A stretch of DNA of 63,864 bases, counting the filler, from Lophium mytilinum (lineage: Eukaryota), in assembly GCA_010093605.1 (NCBI GenBank). It is 8 parts of 5 records of this genome, joined end to end, with 100 filler letters (N's around TTAATTAATTAA, not from the genome) between each part and the next. Parts side by side here need not be neighbours in the genome. Positions count along the whole stretch, not along the records: positions 39,227 to 60,734 come from MU004197.1; positions 60,835 to 62,630 come from MU004197.1; positions 62,731 to 63,864 come from MU004203.1; 5 more parts are not named here. One strand, given 5' to 3'. Positions 53,052 to 63,864 of this stretch are shown in pieces (the stretch's first letter is position 1; the number at the start of each line of letters is the position of its first letter). The notes beneath the pieces were generated by a model, which had not been told where the DNA came from, ran no database searches, and saw only the letters and a program-made list of their open reading frames with translations. Both the position numbers and the translations under genes were made by a program.

Positions 53052-56000
53052 ATCTAAGAGGTTATATAAGAAGTAGAAAGAGAGGCTTTTAGATAGAAAC
53101 TATATATATAGAGAAGAGAGGCGTATAGACGCTAGGCGGGCTAGCGCGTAGATAGTACTAGGTAAAATAATAGGTATAGAGGTAGAAGGCCGGTAATAGA
53201 TAAATATATAACTAGAGGGTAGGGCGTAATCTATTATACTACCCCCCCGTTTAAGAACGCTAGAAGAAAATAAAAAGAAAAAGAAAATAATATTATAGGC
53301 CGTGTCGGGTTTAAATATAAGAGTATAAATAGTTATTTAGTAATAGATAAATATATAACTAGAGGGTAAAGTATAGATAGTTATCTAGTATAGTAAATTA
53401 TATAGTATAGTTTAGCTAATTATTAGTTATATACTAATATATAAGAAGCTAGCGTACTTAAGATATTACTTATAAGGGCTTTTCTATTATAATAGCTTAG
53501 CCTACTTTATATAGCTAAAAATTCTAATCTTATTATAGTTATTATATATAAAGTTGTAATAAACTATATAAGGCTATTTTTAATTATAGTATAGAGGTAT
53601 AGTAAGATAATTATATAAAGATAAGAATATAGCTTATTATAGAGTAATTATAAGTATAAGTAGTTAGTAGTAAGGTTATTAGTAGTATTATTATTATTAG
53701 TAAGGCGTGCGCGCTAATTATTATCAGGTTTAAAGTCTAGATAAGAACTATTAGCGTTAGGGTTAAGATTATAGAATTTACTAATTAGATCCGCGGCTTT
53801 AGGTATAAATTATCTCTATAGTTACTATTTTTATAGTATAGTATAACCTTTATAAAGTTCTTTATATTTAAGGTAGCAGTATTCTTTTAGTTTACGGCCG
53901 CACTAGCAGCTATTAATAATGCGCGTAATTAGATATTATTTAATAGACTTAGAGGTAATAGAGTTAATTACCTAGATAGAAGGTGGCGGTGGCTAGCGTT
54001 AGCCTAGTAGCGGACGGGATCTATCTAGGTAGAGGAGGTATAGATAGAAGATAGGGTGTATTTAAGATTCTTTAAGGCTTATATTTATAAAGTTAAGTTA
54101 GAAGGTATAACTATTATTAATAATCTTACTAATATAGAAAGAACTAAGGTTCTTATAATTAAGTAACTTATTTAGTTAGGTAGTCTTTATATTATAGGCG
54201 TTAAGCTAGACCTAGTTATTAAGTTAGAGCTTTAGTAGAGAGTTATAATATTAGTTTATATAGTCTACTTACTTAGTTTATACCTATATTATTATAGCCT
54301 TATATTTATTTAGAATCTTCTTTATCTAGTTAATATATCTATTACCTTTAAGCTGCCGGTAGTAAATAGTAGTATTATTACTAAGGTCTAGTATAGGTAG
54401 AGGTTAAGGCGCAGGTTAAATATTATTTATAATACTAGATAGAGGTTTAAGGCTAGAGCGCAGGTAAAAACCCTTATTAATAAAGAATAGTATTATTATA
54501 GTAGAGGTATTAACTTAGTTATTTACTAAAAATTCGCCGATAGGCAAATAATTAATCTAATTATTTTAGTAGTAGTTAATAAATTATCTAAGGTAAGCCT
54601 TTATAATAGCGTTTATATTTTTAGTTTAGCTATTAGTCTTAGGGTGCGCTACTATAGAAATATTCTAGTAGACGCTAAGGCACTTATAGACTTATTTCTA
54701 AACGTCTAAAATAAAATATAGGTTGCAATTACTAATAATAATATAAGGAAGTCTATAGAGATAATAGATTTTATAGAAAAAAGTATTAATAATATTATAG
54801 ATAGAAGTACCGCTTATAGAAATATAGTAATGTTTCTTACTAGCGTAGTAGATAATAACTAGAATTTTAGTATAGATTTAGCTATTATACTTATAGAGAG
54901 GGAGCTCTATAATAAAGTCTATAGTAATATTAGTCTAATACTATTCTAGTATATTAAGTAAATATAGAAGGCCTTATTTCTTATTATAGAAGGCCTTTAA
55001 TTATTTATAACTATAGTAGGCGCTAGTATAGTTTTTAACTAAATTATGTATACCTAGCTAGAAGTAGTAATATTAGATAAGTTTATATATACTATATTTT
55101 CCCGGGTATCTACTAATAGTAGTATTATAGGTAAACTATAGAAGCTTAAGGCGTAAATTATTATATGCGGGTATATATAATTAGCTATAGTAATATAGTT
55201 AACTATAATAAATTTTAAATTCTATAATATCTAGATTACTAATAATATTATATAGAGATTAAGGGAGTACGCGCTTACTATTATATATAAGGGTAATAAG
55301 TTTATAAAGTATAGAATTAAATAGCGGCTCTACTAAGTTCTATAGTAGACTAAAATAGCCTTTATTAAATAGCTTAGTTAGTATATACTAATAGACTAGA
55401 TTAGGTTCTATATAGAGATTATTATTATTTATAGAAGATAGTTTAATTATAAAAGAAAGGTTAGGGTTAGGTTTAGAGTTAGAGTTAGAGTTAGGGTTAA
55501 TATTATTATTGCGCGCGTAGCTACGCAGCTGTGCAGGTGCAAGAAGAAATTAAAAGTATATTTTTAATAGTAGCAACTTTATAGCTATTAATAGGTCTAA
55601 CTCTTTATAGTAAGGTACTAGCCTAATTAGATTTAGCGTGCGGCCTAGGCTGTTATTAGGTAAGCTTATTTAAATATCTAGTAAATAAGGTACTACTTTA
55701 TCTTCTAGGTTATAAGATTTAAGAACTATTTAGTATTAAAATTAATAATAAAAATTATTTAGATCTATAGAAAGGTTCTATAAGTATCTTATAAGGCTAT
55801 CTAGTTTCCCCCCTAAGATACCTAGTTAATAGATAATTTTAAAATTAAACCCGGTAAGGAAACTAGCCTAATAGGCCTAGCGGCGGTTAAGGTATTTTAT
55901 AGATATAAAGTATTCTAGATTATAATAATCTATAAGTATATTAGTAGAATTATCTAGATTAGCGCTAGCTAATTTAGGCCTCTATTCTTTAAAGGCTTTA

Positions 56001-58667
56001 ATAATAGTAAGTAACTCTTTATTATAGATTTTATAATTATATTTCTAGGGGTTTATTTTAGAGAAGAAGAAGGTAATAGAATAGAGTAAGCTGTCTTCGC
56101 CTTCTTATAATATAACGCTAGTAGTAATATAGTCTAAAGCGTTAGTTTTAATATAGACTTTCTTACTGTATTAAAAGTAGTAAAGAATAGATACTATAGT
56201 AAATACTATCTTAAGTACTTAGAAAGTAGTATTATATTTATTATTCTAAGTAAACTATACTTTAAGCTTAGTTTTCTTACTATCTATAGTCTTTATTATA
56301 GATATAAGTAGGCTAATAATGCGGGAGAACGCGTATATAAAATATTAATAGAAGTTAGTAAATTCTAAGAACGCCTATACATTGCGTAGATATATTAGTA
56401 TTATCTAGTTAATAATAGCGGCGACTTTCTTAGAGTCTATTTAGACGCCGCCGGTTATAATAATAAGGCCTAGATATTTAATTTCTATTTTATTAAATTT
56501 GCACTTAGTAAAATTATAGTTAAGGCCGGCTTTATTAAGTTATTTAAAGACTTTAGTAATATGCTTCTTATATTATTCTTTTATACTATTTATATAGACT
56601 AAGATATTATCTATATAAGTAGAATAGAAGTTATTAAAGTAGTTATATAGCGTTTAATTAATATAGAATTAGAAGCGGCCTAGGCCCCCTATAACGCTAA
56701 ATAGTATAACAAGTAATTTATATTAGCTTTAGCGGGTAGAGAAGGCTATAAGGCCTTTATCTCTCTTATATATTTAGATATAATTAAATGCAGATATAAT
56801 ATTAAGTTTAGAGTACTACTTAGTATTACTAAGCTTTTAAAGGGTTTCCTAGACTAATAGTAATAGATATTAAGTTTTAATTATTATTATATTAATAGCT
56901 CTATAGTTAACGCAGAATTAGACCCTACTACCTAGTTTCTAAATAAGAAGTATAGAAGAGGATATAGATAACTATAACTTATAAATAAATTCTTTATTAA
57001 GGTTATTATTAATCTATTTCTTAATAACTTTAAGTTTTTCTTTAGATATAGTGTATAGACGGGCTTTAGGTAGTTTATTAGCGCTAGAAATAAGGTTAAT
57101 TTTATAATTAATTTCTAGTTAATAAGGGGGAAGTATATTTACTTCTACTTAGTTAAAGATATAGATATAGCGGTGTAGCTATTTAGATAGTTATTAAACT
57201 ATCTCCTTATAGAAGAGGTGCTTCTTAGCGCATATAAACTTTTTAATATCTTTAGTAGTAATTTTATAGGCTTTAAGTAGAATATTATTACCTATATAGA
57301 AGGTAATAACTTATAAGCTATTATAAGTAATAATAAAGTTTTTATCTTTATTTTCTAAAGTTTTAATAATATAATAAGGAATCTATTTAAGCTTCTATTC
57401 TTTATGCTTAGAGATAGCGGCCATTTATACGCAGGTATCTGCGCTAATAGGTTTCTAGTCTATAAAGTTATAGTAATTATTAGATATATTATAAGAATAT
57501 ATACTATTTACCTAGATAGTAATAGAGTTATAGTTAAAATAGTATACGCAGTTCTAGTATAGTTTATAGCGAGAGCGAATAAAGTCTAGGCGGCCTACTT
57601 TCTAGTTAATAGCTAGGTTATATTCTTAGAGCTAGTTAAATTCTATAATAATATTATAGTCTTCTAGGTTAGTAATATAAGCCTAGTAATAGCTCTAATA
57701 GCTATTTATATCTATACTAAAAAGGGCTTTATATATTACTTTTTAGGTAATAGCTAATCTATTAGCTAGTTTAAAAACTTAGGCTTTTTTAAGGGGTTTT
57801 AGAGGTAGATTTACTAGGTATATAAACTTAGTACTAGTAAATAAATTAGTAGCTCTATAATTAAGATAAGAATTAATTTTTATTATTTCTATAGGTTATT
57901 CTTTCTTATAGGTTTATACTATTACTAAAAGAACTATATTATTTACCCGCTTAATATTAAATCCTCTATCTTTATTTTAAAGTAGTTTCTATTAAGCTTT
58001 ACTAAAAAAGGCTACTAAAATAATAAGCCTTCTATACTAAAGATTCTATATAACTAAGTTCTTATTATATTATAGACCGCGACTATAGTTTATAACCTTA
58101 CTTTTCCCTTAAAACCCTTACCTTTAGAGTAGCTAGAGCTATAGTTATTATTAAGAGTTTTATAGTTATTAAAACTATTATTATCTAAAAGTTCTTTAAC
58201 GCAAGCAGCATAATTATTAAAATAGGGTGCTAGAGATATATCTATTTAATAAGTAGTAAAGCCTAATTTATTAAGTTAATTTATAGGGCAGTATAGGTTT
58301 TAAATAAAGTACTTAGAAAGATAGTAGTAGAAATACTTATTCTTCTTTATAAGTACTTTTTTATTACCTTTATAGAGTTTATTAGGCGGGGCCTAGTTAG
58401 AGGGAGGCGTAATCTTAACGTCCTCTTAGGTTATAGAGGCAGTAGCTATAGTTAGAGGGCGTAGAGTATAGTTATAGTTGTAATAATTATAGTTATAGTT
58501 ATTATAGTCTTAGTTATTATAGTTATAGTTATTATAATTATAACTATTATAACTATTATAATTAAAGCCTTAGGGCTAGTTATAATTAAAGTTACTAAAG
58601 CTGCAGTTAGCAGGTTACGCGTTTTTATTAATACTATTATTACGGAGCTATTTACATGCAGCGTTAA

Positions 58668-58878
58668 TATAATATAACTTCTATTATAATATATTTCTAA
58701 TATATATAATAGTATTATATACCCTCTAGCACGTAATTACTATTATATAACTAGGCTTAGCGCTAGCCTTATCTATCTCTTAGCTAGCGCTCTATACTCT
58801 TTTCTCTCTCTTATAGCTACTTTATCTATATATACTAATATTAGGTCTTCTCTTATAATCTACTATTATACTATAATA
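58668..58878 (+). mobile_element. LTR of the Gypsy-1 family, missing its first ~9 nt
   Basis: Matches 23895-24105. Confidence 0.88.
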
Positions 58879-60734
58879 CTAGCGCGGTTTTATACCTTTA
58901 GCCTATATTTAGCCTATACTATATAGAATCTCTACCTCTATATAACTTTATTTTTATAAATATACTTTATTTTTTACTTAATACTATACTTTATACCTTA
59001 TCTCTTATAGTCTATAATACTATAAAGTTGCTCTACCTAGCTACTATTCTACTAAGTTCTTAAACTATAATTTACTACTAGTAGACTATAATACTCTATA
59101 ATTACCCCGCGTAGCTATTAATACTATAGCTAATAACTCTAACCCTTTTAGTATAACTAGTATATAGAAGCTTTAAGACCTCCTCTTATAGTATACTATT
59201 TTTATACTCTTAAACTTCTAGGCCTTAACTTAAGACTTCTAGAATACTACTAATAAATTCTAGATAATTATAGGAAACTTATAGTACACGTATAGCTATA
59301 ATAATAACACCTAAAATAACCTTACTAAAGGTAATACTATTCTTAAGAATAATAACCTCTAGAAATACTCTAATCTATCTAACTCTAGTAGCTATATCTA
59401 CTACTCTAAAATGCCCGGCGCCTTTAAAAACTCTATTCTTAAAGTAGATAAACTTATTAACTACTCTACTATTAATAAGTAAGATACTAATAAAGCCCCT
59501 ATTATATATAAAGTCTTTAATACTAAAGCCTTTATAGACTTTATTACTAAGAATAAGGTAATAGCTTTTAAACTAATCTATTTATATAAAGCTAAGATCT
59601 ATTAACTATATAATTATCTAGAGCATAATAAGGCCTCTATAGAGGCTTAGGCTAAGCTTAATAAGTAAGCTTATAATATAATTAAGTAATAAGATAAGCG
59701 CCTCTAGGCCGTAAAAAATAATATTAAGTAGCTAGAAAAGACTATTACTAATATAAAATTTAAATACTAGTTTAACCTTTCTAACCTCTATAATAACTGC
59801 GATAATACTATTTAAAATAGAGATAATACTATCTATACTAGAAACTCTAAGAATAATATTATATATAAATATATAGCTAATATAGTAGTATTTACTATAT
59901 AGATAGATACTATTAATACTATAGTAGTAAAGTATATTACTAAGCTTAAAACTTATAGTAAAGCTTTAGCTAAGTATATTACTAAGCTTAAAGCCTATAT
60001 TAAAAATATTAAGAAAGCCTTTACTACTACTAAAGCCTATATTAATAGCCTCTAGAATACTACTATTTATAGCTCTATAACCTATACTAATAGCCTTTCC
60101 CCTATTAAGATTACTATCTAACTCGCCGCTACTATAGGCTATTAATAAGAGCTTATAGCTTATATTATAGCTAAAGAAGATACTAAATAAAAATATTACC
60201 CTTCTATTCTACCTAGCTATAATTACTTATGCAGCTATAACTACTACTAATATAAACTCTTACTACCCCGCCGCCCTAATAAGCCCCTTTATAGTTAATA
60301 GAACTATATACGCCCTACTAGGGGCGGTAGTAGACCCCCTTTTAATTCTAGTAATAGTAATAATAATAATAAGAACTTCTATAACTATAATTTAATTTAT
60401 AACTTTTAACTATATATATCTCTCTATATAGAATCTAATAGCGCTCTACTACCTCTATATAATATTAATTATAGAACCCGCGCTAATTCTAATAAAAATA
60501 AGACTATACTTTACCCCCCTAAGTATAATAGTAATAAGGCTAAGTATATTACCTAGTATTACTAGATTCTTAGTAAGTTTAACTATAGTAGCTGCCTCTA
60601 TTAATATAATAAAGGCTTCCGCCTTTACTTTCTTAGTATATATTTTACTACTACTCCTCTTAGTAACTATATAGCGCGGATAATAGGCTATTAGCTCTTT
60701 TATACTCTAGATAAAGCTATTAAGCGCCTTAATA
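58879..60734 (+). mobile_element. Gypsy-3-family 5' LTR (3' half, 58879-59019) plus leader and gag-like relic
   Basis: 58879-59019 matches ~34482-34622; followed by a coiled-coil gag-like frame from ~59411 including PPKYNSNKAKYIT*. Confidence 0.78.
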
Positions 60735-60834
60735 NNNNNNNNNNNNNNNNNNNNNNNNNNNNNNNNNNNNNNNNNNNNTTAATTAATTAANNNNNNNNNN
60801 NNNNNNNNNNNNNNNNNNNNNNNNNNNNNNNNNN

Positions 60835-62108
60835 ATAATAGAATTATACCGCCGCTAAAGCCTATTCTAATTAAAGGCTAGAAGAAGTATATTATTAAGA
60901 AAATTCTATAATAAAGGTATATAGAAGAAGGGGACGTCTATAATATTAAATAGAAGGGCTATAATAATAATAAGAATATTATAGCGGAACTAGTTAATAA
61001 GCTCTATAAGAATATACTAGATATAGTAGCTAAATTTAAGGCGCGTAAACATATTAAAGTTATAGGTTAGAAAATAGAGTTATAACCTTAGTATTCTTAG
61101 TATAAATAGTAGTAACTAGTAAAATATTTATTCTAGTATACTAATAAATAGCTTATATATATAACTTAACTTAATACTCTATACTAATCTACCTATATCT
61201 TTATAGTAGCGCCTATGCTACTAACTAAGTATTAGTTTATATCTTATTTATTACGCGTAATTTATTTAAAATAGATATAGACTATAATATACATCTACTA
61301 GTAGCGCCTATATAATAGTAATAGTACTATTCTATAGAAAGTTATTAATAAGCTTACTAAATACCTTAAAAAGTAAAGAAGAATAGCTATATTATCTATA
61401 ATAAGTATAAGTTTACCTTATATATTTTTTTCTATCTAATTAATACTATAAATCTACTATAGATTAATATCTAGTTATCTAACTAGTATATTAGCTAACT
61501 TCTAGACCTCTACTAAAAGAAGAAGATTATAGCCGCTAATCTAGTAGAGAATTAGGTAGTAATATTTAGAATAGATATATATATTCTTATAGAGCGCCTA
61601 AATATAGAGCTATTAGTAGTAGACCCTATTATAGGCGCCTAGCTAGTTATATTTAGTATCTATATACTATATAGAGATAAAGGCGCCTAGAACTAGCGTA
61701 ATTTAATTATTAAGAATCTAAGTAAAGAGTAGAAGTATAAACTATTAAGTATATTATTTCTAAAGCTAATAAATAATATTAATCTAGTAGTATTAATAGA
61801 AATTAATACTACTAAGGCGGAAGAGTATATTAATATAAAGAATATCTACCTATATATTTAAGAATAACTTAATAACTAGAATACTATTATAGCTAAGTAA
61901 CTTAAGGTGTATAACGCGTAAAATAAGAATAAATCTAATACTTTATCTACTAATAAGGGTAAAGGTAAGGGAAAGGCTACGCCTAAGGCTAAAGGTAAGA
62001 AGAAAACCTATAAGAGTAAGGGTAAAAAGGTTAATAGTAATAAAGATAATAAAGATAAAGGTAAGAAGGCTATAGATAATAGTAATAAAGCTATTACTAC
62101 TAATAAGT
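60835..62108 (+). pseudogene. Unidentified RIP-degraded gene with K/G-rich tail, interrupted by LINE D
   Basis: GTAAGT-like intron near 61400-61462 and a frame containing KGKGKGKATPKAKGKKK. Confidence 0.3.
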
Positions 62109-62278
62109 AGAATATAATGCAATTAAATTTATAGCATCTTAGAAATATAACCTAAGAAGGGCCCCTAGGGGCTACTTAAGGCCCTATAAATATTTATATG
62201 CAGTATTAGAGCTCTATAAGCTATACTAGTAGTATTATAGTAGAATTATATATTATAACCTCTATTATATAGCATTAT

Positions 62279-62309
<31 letters not shown>

Positions 62310-62630
62310 ACTAATAATACTAATAATAACTCTAAAACTAAACCTACTAACTAAAGACTAAGTAGAATATCTATACTAATATCTAAGTACTTATTAAAGA
62401 AGCCTATAGTATATAGGACTCTCTATAAAATAAGCCTATATTTCTTAACCCTAAGATAAATAACGCCCTTAAGTACCTCTAGAACTTTACTAGGTATATA
62501 CTAGCTAGCCTCTTAGGTACTATAGAGGACCTATAATAAATACTATAGAGAAAAATAATAAAGATAATAGAGAAAATATAGAAAAGTATATAGGCGCTAT
62601 CTATATAAGAAATAACCTATATAGTAGTAG
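62109..62630 (+). mobile_element. Tad1-like LINE copy D, 5' end and ORF1 start
   Basis: Reverse complement of ~52530-53051; homology begins at the same point as the 5' end of copy B. Confidence 0.88.
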
Positions 62631-63864
62631 NNNNNNNNNNNNNNNNNNNNNNNNNNNNNNNNNNNNNNNNNNNNTTAATTAATTAANNNNNNNNNNNNNN
62701 NNNNNNNNNNNNNNNNNNNNNNNNNNNNNNTAGCTCTAACTCTATATAATAGTAAAAGATATAGCTATATATATAGCTATACTATTCTAATATAGCTATA
62801 TATATAACTATACTATTCTAACTTATAAATTAGTAATATAGTAGCTTTTAAAGCCTAAAACGCCTCTATACTTAAGAATCTACCTAGAATAGCTCTTTAA
62901 AATGCATACTATCTTATTATATAGAGGTAAGGTCTCTAACCTTCTTTTCTAGATAATAATCTTATAGATATACTTACCTAGATTATTAAGAAATATCTAC
63001 CTACTTAAGAGAACCTTAAGCTTCCCCTAGACTAGAATATAGATAAGAATAGTATCTAAGATGCATTTCTTTTTAATATACTTAAAGCTATTTATATACT
63101 TCTAGGCCTAAGTAATACCTTTAATAATAACTAGAATAAAAGTAGCCTACTAACTACTAATAGAATTAAGATTATTGCGTAGTATATTACTCTAGCTAAA
63201 TTAGAATATAAAGAGAAGGCGCCCTAGTAAGATACTATAGGCGCGGGCGTTATAAAAGCTAGTAAAAAAAAGTCTAGGCGCTAGCTATTAGTAACTCTAG
63301 TAGCTAGTAATAGTATTAAATATTATACTAAGAAGTAGTATAAAACTAATACTATTTTTATACGCTAGCTTCTATATAGCTAAGAATTCTACCTAATAGT
63401 AGTAAGAGAGATTATAGATATAATAGCTAGTTAAGCTTATAGCCTAGAGAAAATTATAATAAATTTAAAAAAGGCTAATTATATTAATAACTTACGTGCT
63501 ATTTTTAACTCTATATTACTAGAATTCTTATTCTCTAATAATAAGATTACTATTATAAATATTAAATAAGTTGCATCCCGTTTTAAGTAAGGACTAGAGG
63601 ATAATAATAGTAGCGGCTTAGGCTTAAGTAATAATAATAAAAATAATAAAAATAATAATGCCCTAGACGCTAGTATTAGAAGGTCTACCTCTTTAATAGA
63701 AGATAGTATATAATAAAGGATAGAGGATTACTTCTTTAGAGATAGCTTTAATCTAAATAAGTATAATACCTATATATTTTAAGAATTTCTAAAATATATA
63801 GAAAAAATAGAGTAAATAGTCTAAGGCCTTTATAAGTAGCTATAGCCCCGGTAGGCACCTATAT

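Larger units (their letters stand above)
46749..58667 (-). mobile_element. Ty3/Gypsy LTR retrotransposon relic 4 (gag end + pol 53239-58667; 3' LTR split into 53052-53238 and 46749-46813 by LINE B)
   Basis: Minus-strand protease region ~57860, RT TYIDNILVY ~56595-56620, RNase H NYKIYNKELL ~56010-56040, integrase, chromodomain ~53760-53940; PPT GGGGGGGTAG at 53239-53248. Confidence 0.9.

Noticed and set aside
55459..55500. Telomere-like GGTTAG/AGTTAG run
   Set aside because: Lies inside Gypsy-4 pol and reads as a low-complexity (D/N)P/(D/N)S codon repeat on the minus strand.
62731..63864. Possible coding relic in the last contig (also 24106-24882)
   Set aside because: Too degraded to assign a frame or family with any confidence.

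Overview
AT-rich, repeat-only sequence from a filamentous ascomycete. Heavy TpA enrichment, CpA/TpG depletion and Gln/Trp codons turned into TAA/TAG point to repeat-induced point mutation (RIP). No intact protein-coding gene was found; all genes are RIP relics read by mentally reversing C>T/G>A changes. The window is eight contigs joined by artificial 100-nt N/TTAATTAATTAA/N linkers, so adjacency across linkers is not trustworthy. Contig 1 (1-20535) ends in a (TTAGGG)n telomere. It starts with a DUF3505-type (telomere-linked RecQ helicase N-terminus) relic that is cut at ~2890 by a large, less-RIPed unit. That unit has a telomere-like left terminus, ~210-bp subterminal repeats, a large unclassified ORF1 and a SNF2-family ATPase gene. 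It also has 11 dispersed copies of a 37-bp palindrome (AAGGGCCCTAGCAGGAAG-S-CTTCCTGCTAGGGCCCTT), six of them inside SNF2-gene introns. Distal relics (MYND zinc finger, dsRNA-binding-domain gene) run up to the telomere. More heavily RIPed inverted copies of this unit lie at 34623-39126, where its left end is joined to the middle of another copy's ORF1, which defines the terminus and suggests mobility. I could not assign it to a known transposon superfamily; it is the main candidate novel system. The rest is nested Ty3/Gypsy chromovirus LTR retrotransposons, Tad1-like LINEs (one full-length with a 14-bp TSD), a ~210-bp hairpin motif array and unidentified gene relics. Coordinates were read by eye and are approximate.
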